Part shown: one piece after another, positions 33,636 through 46,681 of the stretch
Numbering within the stretch: position 1 is the stretch's first letter
Layout: each line of letters starts with the position of its first letter
Source of the DNA: Macrostomum lignano
Lineage: Eukaryota
Direction: 5' to 3'
Assembly: GCA_002269645.1 (NCBI GenBank)
Contig: NIVC01001167.1
Span: forward strand, 248,001-312,000
Length of the DNA: 64,000 nucleotides
The notes under the pieces: model-generated
The model's input: the letters and a program-made list of their open reading frames with translations, nothing else
Told to the model about the DNA's origin: nothing
The model's database searches: none
Position numbers and translations under genes: made by a program

Positions 33636-36018
33636 TTGTTAATTACTTGATATAACGTGAAGTGCACTTTTCAAGTTAAAGTCTGAACAGGTTCATTGTC
33701 TCCATCTTTTTGAAACCGCATTTTGTTAGATTTGATATTAACGTGAAAAGAACTTCAGTTAAAGTCTGAACAGGTTCATTATCTCCATCTTTTAAACTGT
33801 TAAAACTACATAGTTAATTGTTTCTAATGAAATAAATATTTAAAAATTTACAAGGACAATTTTCGTTGCTTTCAAGGCATTGAATTTTTTTCTTCAGAAT
33901 TTGAGTTTTAAATTTTTCATTTGGATTGGATAAAACATAAAATCATGCTTAAAGTTATCTAACGTATATGACTTTAATGTTTCACACCTACAAAGACTCT
34001 ATAGCTAGTTAGCTATTGTGACAAGGTTAAGATATTTACATGTAGGAGTATAATAGGAAGATAAGAAATATAGGATTTCGATCGATTGATGACAAATATT
34101 TATTTGACACAATTCTCACAGCTCAGGCATTTTAGTGAACAAACAAGTTCTGTTCTGTCACACTTTGCAATGCAGGGGCTAAATCATCTAAATCAACTAG
34201 TAGGCAGCACTGAATCCAGACTATCAATCCATGTATATTTTAAATAACTGAATATGGTTTTGCTCACTTGCTCATGCAGGATATAATACCCCGCTTTGTG
34301 AGAAAAAGCAATTTTTTCGACTTTTTTAAAGTTCAAAACAGTTTTTTATTGTCAGAGAACAATTTTTTAATCGATTCGAACTCTTTTGTACAGAAGTAGT
34401 ACTACAGATAACACAGCTAGCAGATAAGAGATGTTTGTGACGTTGTCAGTTTCAGTAGCCCCGCCAAGGGCCGTTTGGACATACGGTACCAATATTTTAA
34501 TATTACTAGTTCCGTATTCTCACGTTTACTGTAAGTAGTGCCCTAGGAATCTAATCAGCTGCGTACAATTGTAACCCCGCGTTCAGCGCGCGATCAATAA
34601 TTTCTGTTCTTGTTTTTCTCAGTCAGCCAATAGAAATACGCCGCATTAATTATACTAATTTCTCTCGCGCGCCACCCCCCAGCCCGGTCCTTATCAGTTC
34701 TGTCTGGCCGTGCGCTCGGGCCCCACTCTCCTTTCGTCCCTTTGCCTCTCGCCTCTTTGCCTTAGCTCCGTCGCCACCCCGTCTGGGGCCTTCGCCTGTT
34801 TAGACTTCGTTAGCCTCTCGCACCCTTGCGAGCCCGTGTAGCTTGTAGGCTCTGACTGCCTTTGCTTGATCATTTGCCTTCTCTCCGCCACGATTTTAGC
34901 CACGCCATTGCCACTCCCAGTCACGCCACTACTACTACTAAAACTATTTGCTCTATTGTTGCGTGGTCGCTAGCGCATTGTTAATCAAAGTACAAGACGT
35001 AATAATAAACTAAATCTGCAGCCAACGTTCGCAATAACGCTGATCCAATTACTGCCAAGTGCTACCGCTACAATTCCGCTTTCACTACATTATTTGCCTT
35101 CGCTTGTTCTCGAGACCACCACGACAATATCGTCACAATGTTGAAAGTCAGGCAATGCATTAATAAAATAGAAGTTTTGTTGTTGTCTAAGTGCTATCCA
35201 ACTATTAAGCGCCCTTTTACGCTTCAAAATTCTCATTTTAATTTTTTTTGAAATTCTAGAAGCGATCAAATCTAGTTTGTCACATTTAGTTCCTGTTAGC
35301 TATATTTATATCTTCTTCGTACACTTGCATTTTGACTTAATACGTATTTTGTGCACTTTTTGTTAAGGAAAGGAATTAAAAATTGTTCAAATTATATACG
35401 AAAAAATCATATTAGCTTAACTATGTGCAACTACGTGAGCCAAACGTGACTAACATAATTACCTAATAATAATGAGAGCTCATTTTCTTAATTGAGCATT
35501 CGATGTTTCGATGTTCTGTATGTTCTCATACAGTCATAAACCAAGAGTTAGAATAAGAGTTCATATAAAAGAAACACATTTTTAGCAATAAAATTGTGTG
35601 ATCATGATCCCAAGAAGCTTAATATACTGTAAAATATTTTTAATTCAGCTATCAGAATGAGCTATAGCTACTGGCGAAGTACCATATCATGATTTGTCCT
35701 TCCTAAATAGTCTGAAGTAGGCCAAAAAGGACGGAATTTTATAGCTGAATCTGTAATATTTCGCATTCTGTCATGCGAAATGCAGGGTAAACATATTCTG
35801 CAATAAAGTTTTTCCTATCTATTTTTTTCTGTCACATTGTCATATTTCAACATTTCTGTCACAATGTATACCCATGGATTAGTTTAGAGGCTAGACCAGC
35901 AAGAGAGCGTCATGCTCCAGATAGATTAACTGTCAGGCCAAATCAGAAAAGTTATTCACAGAGGATAGCGGCGTTGTTTAACCCATTTAACCTATTACAG
36001 CCTAAGAACTAATTAACA

Positions 36019-37000
36019 ATGGCCGACGCCCCATTGCGAGTATATGCTAAGAAGAAAATCTACGGCCAAAAGAGAAGGCATGAAGAGCAGGAAGACAACG
36101 AGCTCCCGCGAGTTAGGGCCGTACACATAGCAAACCAAGAAGAACAATGTAAGAAGCACAAGCTGAGAGAAGAAGATAGCGAGCCGAAGGGGAATTTAGT
36201 TATCAATGCAGATTTGGAGGAGTTAGAAAGGAAGACCGAAAGCGCTCTTCATGGAGGAGATCCGGCAGCAGGAAGGAGTAGATCCCATCGACGAACAGGA
36301 CGAGACCAACCGACGTGCCGGCCAGAGTAGAGCCAGCCTGGGCCTGCACCAGACTCGCTCGTAAACTACGCAACACTACTCAGTGGACCAGGCGAGGAGC
36401 CAGCCCCTGAGAGGACCGAAAGCGAACGGCAGGACAGCCCCGGCACGCAGGTGCGAAATTTCCGCAGGTGCCGCCGCGCCCTTAAGCGATTTATTCTAAC
36501 AACGGGACGAACGTGTTGTGTTGTGCACTTTTGCGGTGCCTGTGCACCTAGCCCCAGCGGGCTGAGTCACCCCTCAACTAGTTGTCAATTCAATTCAAGA
36601 TGAGGACATGCCGAGTGAGGACGAGCAGTCGGATGCGGACGCCTTCCGTGGAGACGACGAACCCGGGGATACCGACAGTAAGTCGGCCGTCAGCGACGGA
36701 AGTCGGCCGCCCGGCTGGGAGGCCGAGGAGCAGGGTTTTCGTCAGTCATTCGAGCGAAGCTATGCGCCAGACAGCGATTCAAGGCCGAGTTATCGGAGGC
36801 CTGCATTCAACTACTGGCCACTACCCCGCCGGAAGAAGCGGTAAGGTGCTTCGAGATCACCTGCTCTTACTGCTTGCAGTACGCGGAAGGAAAGGTGAGG
36901 GGTCCAATTTGCATGAAGGCGACTACCGAACAACTCGAGTCCATTGCCAGCCAGATTGATCCAACTCACCGACTAATCCCGGTCAACGGGTTACTCTACC
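36019..37000 (+). pseudogene. Decayed acidic/charged ORF fragments, possibly the 3' accessory gene of an LTR element
   Basis: GC-richer fragmented ORFs; followed at 37491-37510 by a polypurine tract (GAGGGGGAAA) and an LTR-like start TGTAGTAG at 37503. Confidence 0.3.
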
Positions 37001-38242
37001 TATCTGCCCAGAACACTCTAAACCTCCGGACGGCTAATTAAGACTGGGAAATCCAACTAGATAATTCTTCCGAAAGAACATTATTTACACGTGCTCGATG
37101 CTATCATTCTAAGAATAAATACCTTGCCAAATATTTACCGCTTTTTTGCACCGCATTTTTTCGTGTGTTGTTGTTGTTGTTAGCATACACTTGCCATTCT
37201 GGACATGCTTAGTTGTCATTATTACTCCATATTAGTCATCAGAAATACTATTCATAATAATTTCAACTTGCTTATGTAAGATGCTCGACATTTAGTATAT
37301 CCGGTAATTAATATTTTCTTCTCACTTACCTATACGCATATTCTTAATAATTTCGCATGCTCACAACATTAAGTTTTATATCCAGTATATCGCTGGTAAG
37401 TGCATTAATATTTCCTTGTGTTTAACTAATTTCAAATACTTAAATAAATACAAATAATTAATGTACAAAAGAGGTTTTGCACATTTTGTAGTGAGGGGGA
37501 AATGTAGTAGAGCATTATTTTAGGAGTACAACTAGGCACGAGTTAAATATGCTTTTACGCTACTAACAGTAGTTTCAGCTAGGGGAAATGATTAGAGCAG
37601 GGGTAAAAAGCTAACTTTGGGGTTTCTTTACAACTAAAGAGCAGTTGGGCTCCTTAGAGCAGTTTTTGAGACCAGACTCGGCTCTAAACTCCAAATATTA
37701 ACTGAACTAATTAAATTTTAAATTTTTCATTAATTCAATAGGCTAAAATTTAAGTTTTGAATTTGCAGCAAACCCCTGCTCAGTTTTTCCAAATTATTAT
37801 AAATTTTCCCTAGGCCACCAAAGCTTTCTTCTAAAGTAGCTGAGTGGTCCTAGTTAAATCTCTAAATAACCGAAATTAATACAGAAAAAAGCAAAAAAAT
37901 CCAAAAAAATTAAATTGTAACTATAAAATAAAATACTACATATTATAATCAATTTATTTACCTATAGTCTACTGTAACACATCTAAATTGTTTATTAAAT
38001 TGTTGCCAGCAGCATCCTTGCCTCTTCTTTAATTAAATTTGCTAAACTAGTCATTAGGCAATCCCTTTCTTTCTTCTTGGAGACCGTCTGCGCGCGCGCA
38101 AAATATCTACAAAGCAAAGAATATCCAATTGTGATAAGGTTACAGGACTCTGCTTGCTCACGATTCTGCATCCTAGTTCGAATCTTTGTGCAAAGAACTT
38201 ATAGAATTTATTTTATAGCTAGCAATAATAATAATAGCTGCA

Positions 38243-39705
38243 ATGAGCAAGCAGGTACCACCCTCAAAGATTGCAAAACCATCTGGCCTACCTGCGGCTA
38301 AGCGAGCCGATAATAGATCCTCCGTAGACAAAATGGAGGCGTTCGGCCGTAGCCTGCTTGGTCTAGGCAGAAAATCCGAACGGCCACTTGCCGGTCCTCC
38401 TAGCGCAGCTACGACCTCAGGCGCAGCTGGTGCAGCTATCAAGGAGCCCAATAGTAATAGGGCCTCCAAGACGAGCGCTGATAGCATCCCGCCGGATGCC
38501 CCTTATAGCCTCGCAACCCTTGGCTGCCCAGCTGAAATAGACTGCACCATCGCTCCGCCATCTGATACGCCACCGACGCCCAGAGAACAGGCAAATAAGG
38601 CAACGCCTGAAACCTTGCCGAACAATGCCGAAAAACCTGAGGCGAAACCAAATTATACTGGTGACAATGTGTCTACCATTCCGAAGTCGCCAGTACTTGC
38701 TATCACGGCAAAACAGCAGCACAAGTCACCGGGCAGTGTTGTTTCGATTTCGTCGGACAGCGGCTCCGCGACTGTATTGGAAGGAGCTGGCCAAGCCGGC
38801 TCCGAAGACCCCAATGCAGCCGCATTTGCCCCTGCTTCTGAAGCCTCCGGCGAGGACGATTCGACACGTGCTGCAAACGTCGACCTCGATGCTGAAGATA
38901 ACGACGGGCCCTATGTTGATCCGAATAGCTCGAACAGTCGCGACGCTGTGGAAAATGAAGTCGATGAGGACAACGCCAAGTATCTCCGCAATTCCATCGG
39001 CTTCCCTATTCACCCGGACCGCACCGGTGAAAATATCCAGCGCTACGGCGATGCTGTGCTAGAATACTATCCTAAGCTTATTGAGTCAGTCTCCAAGCAG
39101 CTTTACGACTGCCTCATTGCCGATCTCTTGCCAAAGGCGATCAGGCACCGGCCTCATGAGCAGCGTAAAGTTGTGTGGTTCGGCCCAGGATATTCGTACT
39201 CGGGCGTACCTCTAGAACCAAATGACAAATGGCATCCGGCTGTCGAGGATCTGAGGGATTTCTTAGAATTCAATACAGATCTCGGCATGCCCAAATTTAA
39301 TTCATGCCTAATCAATTTTTACGAGAGCGCCGACGACCAGATACCGTAAGGCGAAATAATGACCAAAGAATAATCGGGCGCTTTCTTACCGAGCCAGGCT
39401 CTGTCATAGTCATGGCAGGCGGATGCCAGCGCCGATGCCAGCACAGCGTCCCGGCTGTGGGCATGCAGGAGGGAGTCCGCATATCGCTCACTTTTCGAGT
39501 GACTGAACCTCCTCGCACAGCCGCACTGGGGCGCGGAGGCCCAACAAGAGCAGCAGCTGCACTCGTCGGAGATGGGCCTGGCAGTGGCCGGGCGGGCACC
39601 AGCCTGGCCGCGCCGGGCTCCCGGACAGCAGCGAATGGGCAGCCAGGAGATCGCGGAGCGGCCGGCGCGTCCGGCTCTGCGGTCCCAGGTGGCCCTCGAG
39701 CCTAG
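38243..39705 (+). pseudogene. ORF1 N-terminal part of copy A with an AlkB domain lacking the HxD segment
   Basis: RKVVWFGPGYSYSG...FNSCLINFY..IP, then a frameshifting deletion, then GSVIVMAGGCQRRCQHSV...RISLTFR. Confidence 0.85.
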
Positions 39706-39768
39706 GGCAACGGCGGCGGCATCGTCGGCGGTGCGGGGCGGGGCGGAAATCGCCAGTCCTATGCTGCA

Positions 39769-41177
39769 ATGGCGGCAACCAACCAGGATGTATCACGGCC
39801 TCCTAATAGGGGAAATAGCAACGTAGTACCCGTGGTGTTTAATACTGCGGCGGAAACTAGCCAAATAGAATTTCTAAAGTGGCTCGCGGCCAACTTTCAA
39901 GGTTCGGCCCGGGCCACACTTACCAAGAAATTGACCCACGAAGTCGGCTTTCTAGTCTTCCCGGCCACTCCACGAGACCACCAACTGTTTCTGCGTGGGC
40001 CTCTGCGTGAGCCCCAGTTCGCTGGGGGGCCGGTGACGAGGCGTCTACCAAAGGCTCGACCGGACCCAAGAGCTAGGCCTGCTGCGCCACGGCGACCAAT
40101 GACCCGAGCGGTCCACTCGTTCGTGGTGCGCGGCGTGCCTCCGGAGGTCGAGGCCAGCGACTTCAAGCGGCATCTACAAGAGAGTGCAGGTCTAAATATA
40201 ATTTCAGCTAGCCGAATAACTGCTAAGCGAGACAATAAGCCTACGTACTTGGTCCGCGTGTTTGTCCGCAACAAGCAGACTGTTGACGCCTGCCTAGCAA
40301 CAGGAATTGTTACGGACTTCATGACCTACCAGTGCGAACCAAACAAGACCGCAGCTCCGGCACGAGCACCGCAGTGTCAAAACTGCCAGCGTTTCGGCCA
40401 TCACGCCCAGCGGTGCAAAGCGGCCAAGCGTTGCAGGATCTGCGCGGCCGAGCACCACTGGCGTGACTGCGACAACCAGGACGCGGTAAAATGTGCCAAT
40501 TGCAATGAGCCGCACAGAGCGAACTACCGCAACTGCCAGGTGGCGATCGACTGCCACAGCGCGGCCCAAAGGCGTGCGGCTGCCTACGCAGCGGGCGCCC
40601 AAGAAGCCGCGGCAGCACAGACAGGTCGACCGCTCCACCACCTATTGCGGCAGCAGCGGCAGAAGCAGCATCAGCATCAGCAGCGGCAGCGGCAGCAGCG
40701 GCGCTACCCGCCCCCGCCCCCGCACCGGCACCAGAACCGGCAGCAGCACCGAGATGGGTCGACGCTGCAGCACGGGCGACAACGGCGACAGGGGGCAACG
40801 ATTCGTTTTGGCTTACCGGCCCTGGCCTCCCTAGCCGGAAGCGCCCTGTGCGCGAATCGACCGACTCGGAGACGCAGACAACTGCGCCGGATGTAACGTC
40901 TAACAATGACACGCCGCCAAGTGCCAGAGAAGTCTCCCAGCTTCAGGGACTGGTGAGTGGGTTCCTTCCCCTCCTGGTCCAAGCACTTGTTGAGGTGCTG
41001 TCGACTCTCTGGCAGAGCCCGGCTAAACGGCCGCCTACTACCGAAAGCTCCCGTCAAACGGTGCAAGACGTAGTAGGTAGGGTTCTGGCCCGGGTCCTCG
41101 AAGGCGAATCGAACAGTCACCAAGGCCTTGGTCAGCTGCTTGGAGCCTCCTGGCGACAGGCGGGTGGCCAGACCTAG
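39769..41177 (+). CDS. Gag-like ORF1 part of copy A (RRM-like region + three Cys/His knuckles)
   Basis: SFVVRGVP, PTYLVRVF, QCQNCQRFGHHAQRC, CRICAAEHHWRDC, CANCNEPHRANYRNC; frameshifted tail. Same frame as 39304-39705, separated by one TAG. Confidence 0.88.
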
Positions 41178-41194
41178 AATAATATAGGATAAAT

Positions 41195-43564
41195 ATGTTC
41201 GGTAATAACGGGCACGATAGCTCGAACCCCACTGCCTCAGGGCTCAAGATCGGTCACCTAAACTGCAGGGGGGTAATACCGAAACTAAAAGAACTCAGGC
41301 TCTGCGTCTCAGACCAGAAATTGGATATTGCGCTGTTTTCTGAGACCATCCTGAAAAATTCCAAGTATGCACTTTCCCGGGCTATGCTGCAGTGCGGTTT
41401 GACCTTCCGATTACGAAGCGCGGACTCCTCCTTGTTCACACCCCACGGGTTAAGGTAGCAGACGTCCAGCTCTCGTACGACAACGTCAACCATGAGGTCC
41501 TTACTTGCACAGTCACTCCTGTTGACGGCGCATGTCCACCTTTCCAACTATCCCTGGTCTATCGGTCCTCGTAGCCGGACAACCTCGACACCGGACTTTT
41601 GACGAGGCTGTCCTCGGCAAAATACTCGCTCATCATGGGAGACCTCAATGCTAGGCACAGCTTCTTGGGGGGTGAAAGTCGCAACAACAGAGCAGGACAG
41701 CAGCTCCATGATTGGCTCTGCGTCGATCCATCCCACCGCCCCACCGTTCTCAACCAACCAGGCCAGTTCACTGGAATAGCCCACCGGCAAGGCGTTGTGT
41801 CCCGGAATGTGCTCGACCTTGGGTTAGCCTCCGGCGACCTCGTCTCACTTGTTCAAGACTTTAAAGTGGGCTCTGACGTGGACAGTGATCACCTCCCAAT
41901 AATACTCACCCTGGCGAGTAACTCCCCAGACTGGCAAGGGCCAGAGAAGGCTCAAAACTTTGCCAAAGCTAACTGGGAAGAGTTCCAAAATTCCTTGATG
42001 GAAAAACTGGTACAAGCGTGGCCTCCAGACCTTAGTACTAGGCAGCAAATTGATGCGGAGGTCGACCTCATCACGAACGCGATCCAGAAAACCATCGAGG
42101 ATAATGTCCCGGTCAGAAACGGCCGTAGAGCCCTCCCCCAGAGGATCATTGCCATGATCAAGGAGAGGAGGAAGCTCCGGCGTCTGTACCACAGTACCAG
42201 GGATGACAATTTTAGGCTGCTCGCGAATAGAAAGGCGAAGGAAATAAAAAGCGCTATTTATTCGTTTGAGCAGGGCCAGTTTACCCAGATGTGCGAGAAA
42301 ATAGTTGAAAAAAGTCAATGCCGGAATGTCAAGGACTTCTGGCAGGACACAAAAAAATTGATGGGGCGCAAAAAGGGCACCACTATTCCGTCCTTGAATG
42401 ATGGCGCCACCCTCGCACATACTGACTCAGACAAAGCTGATATGCTAGCGAGAGCACTAGATGTCAAAATGCGCCCGATTCCATCGACCGATGAGGAGCT
42501 GAAGAAGAGGGTTGAGCAGGCTATGAAGCTCCCCATCTTTAGACCGATTCCCTCGGGCGTAGATCCATCCATGGGCCACCCCCTGGAGGCTCCGTTCTCT
42601 GTTACAGACACCCTCTGGGAGCTGGACCACCTAAAAGTTGACAGTGCTCCGGGCCTAGACAAAGTTCCTAACTGCGTCCTTAAACATGGCCTGGAGCCCA
42701 TTGCGGTTACCCGAATCACTAAACTCTTCAATGATTGCTATCGTACGGGCATCTTCCCATCGCAGTGGAAAAAAAGCGGTGGTGACGATGATTCCTAAAC
42801 CTGACAAACCTCCTGAATCCCCGGGATCCTATCGGCCCATCAGCCTGACCTCCTGCCTCGGCAAGGTGTTCGAGAAGTTATTGGTGAGGAGGCTGATGAA
42901 GCATCTTGAGGGCCAGGGTATCCTCGGCGCGGATCAATGTGCGTACCGGAAGGTCCACTCAACTTATGACAATCTTGTCCGCCTCGTCCAGGACGTCCAG
43001 GTGGGCAAAGCTAAACTAAAAAGGATTCTGGCCATCCTCCTTGACGTACAAGCGGCGTTCGATTCGGTGTGGTATGACTACCTGAGGTTCAGGATGTATG
43101 AAGTCAACACGCCAGACGAAGTCCGGTTCCTTGGCATGAACCTGGACTACCGGCTGACCCTTAACTCGCATGTTGAAAGAGTAGTCAGCCACGGCCGGGC
43201 GCTTGCCCTGTCCATTAACCGCATTGCTAAGCTGACCCGGCTAAGCAGCAATACCCTTAAAATGCTATACAGGGCTTACGTTGAGAGTGCGCTGACTTAC
43301 GGTGCCCCGGTGCTGAACATCATAGCACCCAGTAATCTCAATAAGCTCCAGAAAATCCAAAACTTAGCTCTTAGGATCTGCTATGGCGCCCCTAGTTACA
43401 CCCAGGTAGCCTACCTGCATGAGCTGGCAGCCATGCCTATGATGGCAGACAGGATTCGTTCCCTGGGTGTAGGCTGGCTCTCCAAGGTGAAGGCTGCTGG
43501 GCACCACGATTTCCACATTGAGCCGGAACTCCCTAGAGCTGCCCGCAACCGCCCCCAGTGCTGA
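41195..43564 (+). pseudogene. ORF2 of copy A: AP endonuclease + reverse transcriptase, frameshifted with an internal RT deletion
   Basis: GHLNCRG, FSET, MGDLNARH, VLDLGL, SDHLPII; SYRPISLTSCLGKVFEK, LLDVQAAFDSVW. The sequence jumps from FRMYEVN to EVRFLGMNLD, so the QG and ADD motifs are missing. Confidence 0.9.
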
Positions 43565-44047
43565 ACCTGCTATGGGACAGCCTGAAGAGGAGGCAAGCTA
43601 ATAGACAAGCAGCTGCAAATGCGGCGGCCCGTGCGGCCCAAAACCCGCCCTAGATTTACTAGGTTAGCTGCCCCAAAAGAAAACTTAAAGTGCCCCCAAG
43701 ACAGTGGCTTCCCCTCTCTATTACTCTGGACCTAGCCGTCTGTCAGTGCACAAATAAAAGGTCTAATACAAAAAATAGGCGTGAATAGTAGCGGCAAGTG
43801 CTGGACCAGGCGGGTGGGCCTACGACCCAGTAACAATACAGTAAAAATAGCTGGGCTTACCTGTTGGTACTGCAGGTGATACTGTAATCCGCTGTAGAAC
43901 TCTTCCTGATTCCGCCTCTCTTTACCTTTTTACAATCCAATTATTTTAGACTGCAAATGCTCCTTTCACATCTGGCTTTTGCCTTGTTTATATTTTACTC
44001 TTATTTTTATCCTAACCCAAATATAGTAGTAGTAGTAATAAGTAATT

Positions 44048-44874
44048 CGGCGCCTCAGCCATTGATCAGGCTCTTACGCCACTAGATAAATATAAATTCC
44101 AGGTTGGGAGTGTACTTATGTACACTGAGATCCTAATTGGAGCTAAGAGGACTGTACAAAGGGCAAATGACAAATCAAAAACCTCCCCGGGGGACAGTGA
44201 CAGCGGAACGACATACCAGTCAGGAAGCCCGTGCCCAGAATCCAGGTTAGAGAGACCCCTTGCCTATTAGGGTTGGCCCGAAGGCCTAGAGCCGTGGCTA
44301 CCATGCTGGGGCCGACCGCCCACCACCCCCGGGTACTCAACGAAATGTACATAAACCTCCCCGGGGCCAGAGGGGGAAGAGTGAACCATTCAGGGAAGCC
44401 CGTGCCTTCTCCTGGGTTAGATAAGCCAAAACACCGGTCATAAGACCGCCCCCACGGCCGTGGCCACCCGAAGGAGCCTCCCCCCCAACTAAACCCCGGG
44501 TACTCTTGCCAGACAGTCTCTTATCTTTGAAGCGGCAGGAGGGCTATTCACCGGGACTATTTCACCCTTTGCTTCCCCAACCCGCCATTTTTATAATGAC
44601 CGTGCCAACGGTCTCGTCCTGCTCAGACTCAGTCCTGGTTCTGGCACACTCCAGCTTTAATAGGGTCGCTGGCTGTTCGCTCAGAGGGCACTTGAGGGAG
44701 ACCGTCAAAGCACCAACTGGAACAGGTATAGGCCTGCCTTCCTATACAGCTACCCACAGCCCTTCCCGATCCACCATTACCCACCAACCCGGCCTACTCA
44801 ATCATTACAAGCTCTCAGCCAGGCAGAGACAAGTTTCACGGGGGTACTGCGGTTAGGCGCCTCTATGCGAGACA
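44048..44874 (-). mobile_element. ~830-bp non-coding repeat unit 1, SINE-like, carrying the AlkB-LINE 3' motif
   Basis: Minus strand ends TAGTGGCGTAAGAGCC-loop-GGCTGAGGCGCCG followed by a (TAC)/AT-rich tail; highly similar to unit 2. Confidence 0.6.
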
Positions 44875-44927
44875 AAACCATCCTAACACAAATATAAACT
44901 AAACTACTAAACTAAATAAGTGCTTCC

Positions 44928-45751
44928 GGCGCCTCAGCCATTGAAATAGGCTCTTACGCCACTAGATATAAAAAGTTTCCTGATAGGGAGTGTACTAATG
45001 TACACTAAAAGCCAAGTTAGACTATAGAGGACTGTACAGGGCTGAATCAAAAAAACCAAACCTCCCCGGGGGACAGTGACAGCGGAACGACATACCAGTC
45101 AGGAAGCCCGTGCCCAAAAACCAGGTTAGATAGACCCAAGCATATTAGGGATGGCCCGAAGGCCTAGAGCCGTGGCTACCATGCTGGGGCCGACCGCCCA
45201 CCACCCCCGGGTACAAATCATAAACCTCCCCGAGGCTAGAGGGGGAAGAGAGAACCATTCAGGGAAGCCCGTGCCTTCTCCTGGGTTAGATAGGCCAAAA
45301 CACCGGTCATAAGACCGCCCCCACGGCCGTGGCCACCCGAAGGAGCCTCCCCCCCAACTAAACCCCGGGTACTCTTGCCAGACAGTCTCTTATCTTTGAA
45401 GCGGCAGGAGGGCTATTCGCCGGGACTATTTCACCCTTTGCTTCCCCAACCCGCCATTTTTATAATGACCGTGCCAACGGTCTCGTCCTGCTTAGACTCA
45501 GTCCTGGTTCTGGCACACTCCAGCTTTAATAGGGTCGCTGGCTGTACGCTCAGAGGGCGCCTGAGGGATACCGTCAGAGCACCTTGGTACAGGTATAGGC
45601 CTGCCTTCCTATACAGCTACCCACAGCCCTTCCCGATCCACTATTACCCTCCAACCCAGCCTTCTCACTCATTACAAGCTTTCAGCCAGGCAGAGACAAG
45701 TTTCACAGGAGTGACTGTGGTTAGGCGTCTCTATGCGAGACATGCGAGACA
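44928..45751 (-). mobile_element. ~830-bp non-coding repeat unit 2
   Basis: Direct repeat of unit 1 with scattered differences; its tail (44875-44927) abuts the head of unit 1. Confidence 0.6.
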
Positions 45752-46681
45752 CATAAAATTTTAGTCCTATGTGCCAACCAGGCCAAACCAATATACTTTG
45801 CGTAGGGGCTGCTACTAGTAGTAGTTCCTGCCGCCTAGCTACTATTTTATACTCAAACCAAATGTAAATATTTAAAATACTGACTTTAAAAACCTTCGCG
45901 CTGATCCCCTTTTCGGTCCAAAATATCTTTGTGAGGACCCGTCCCATTTACCGTAGAGCTCCCCCCTTTATCAGTTGCGAACACTTCTTCACTTTTATAT
46001 TCCTAAATGTACATAATCAATTTAAATCGAAATTTTTAACCTTCGTATAACTAATAATTAGCATAATTTTTAAATTTAAATATATCGGCAGAGCCCTACC
46101 CGGGCTGACCCGAGGTGCCTTCAGCACCAATCGTTTAACAACAGAGCAGTCCTTGGTCCGTAGTTGCCTTGGTAACTTAAAATCAATTAAGTAGTGAGCT
46201 ACTACAGGTATCCACAGTGTGGGCCTCGGGTAGCTCTTGCTTAATTGTGCTTAAGCATCTGGGGTGACTGTTAAAGTTGTTATAAGTAATCTTTTATCTT
46301 AAAATAGTCAACTTTATATTTATAGTAAGTGAATCCAAGTTTTCCTTCTAGAATTTTCTATAACAGACTTCTTAATTATATCTATGGTTTTCGACTCCCT
46401 TACATGTACCACTAAGTTTTGTTTGAGCTACGCCAGTGCTCAATTCCATGTTAACCCTTTCTTTTGCTATCTTTCTCAAAACTCAATAAACGCCGATTCA
46501 TTATAATTTAATAAGGCTTTCTTAATAGGTTATGGGCCCTGCGCCCCTCCACTGTGATCTACTGCAGTGTGAACAATAAAGCTGCTTCAGTGGCAGTGCG
46601 TCAGTCGGCGTGATTTTCAGGCTCTACCGTCTCTTAGAAAGTTCAAGCTCAGCAGTCCAGTTGTGCTGGTGGATCGACACG

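Larger units (their letters stand above)
37652..46142 (+). mobile_element. AlkB-LINE copy A (Jockey/I-group-like non-LTR retrotransposon); 5' boundary approximate
   Basis: ORF1 (AlkB + gag-like 3xCCHC), ORF2 (APE + RT), long 3' UTR ending in a hairpin motif at 46087-46119 that abuts copy B. Confidence 0.85.

Noticed and set aside
44820-44874. Possible hammerhead ribozyme (GAAAC-TT-GTC on the minus strand of the 830-bp units)
   Set aside because: No correctly placed CUGANGA core; nearby CTGAGAG does not fit and is not conserved in unit 2.
46143-46156. AGAGCAGTCCTTGG as a 14-bp TSD of LINE B
   Set aside because: Homology between B and C continues well beyond the 14-mer, so it is better explained as the shared 5' end of related elements. 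It cannot be excluded without empty sites.
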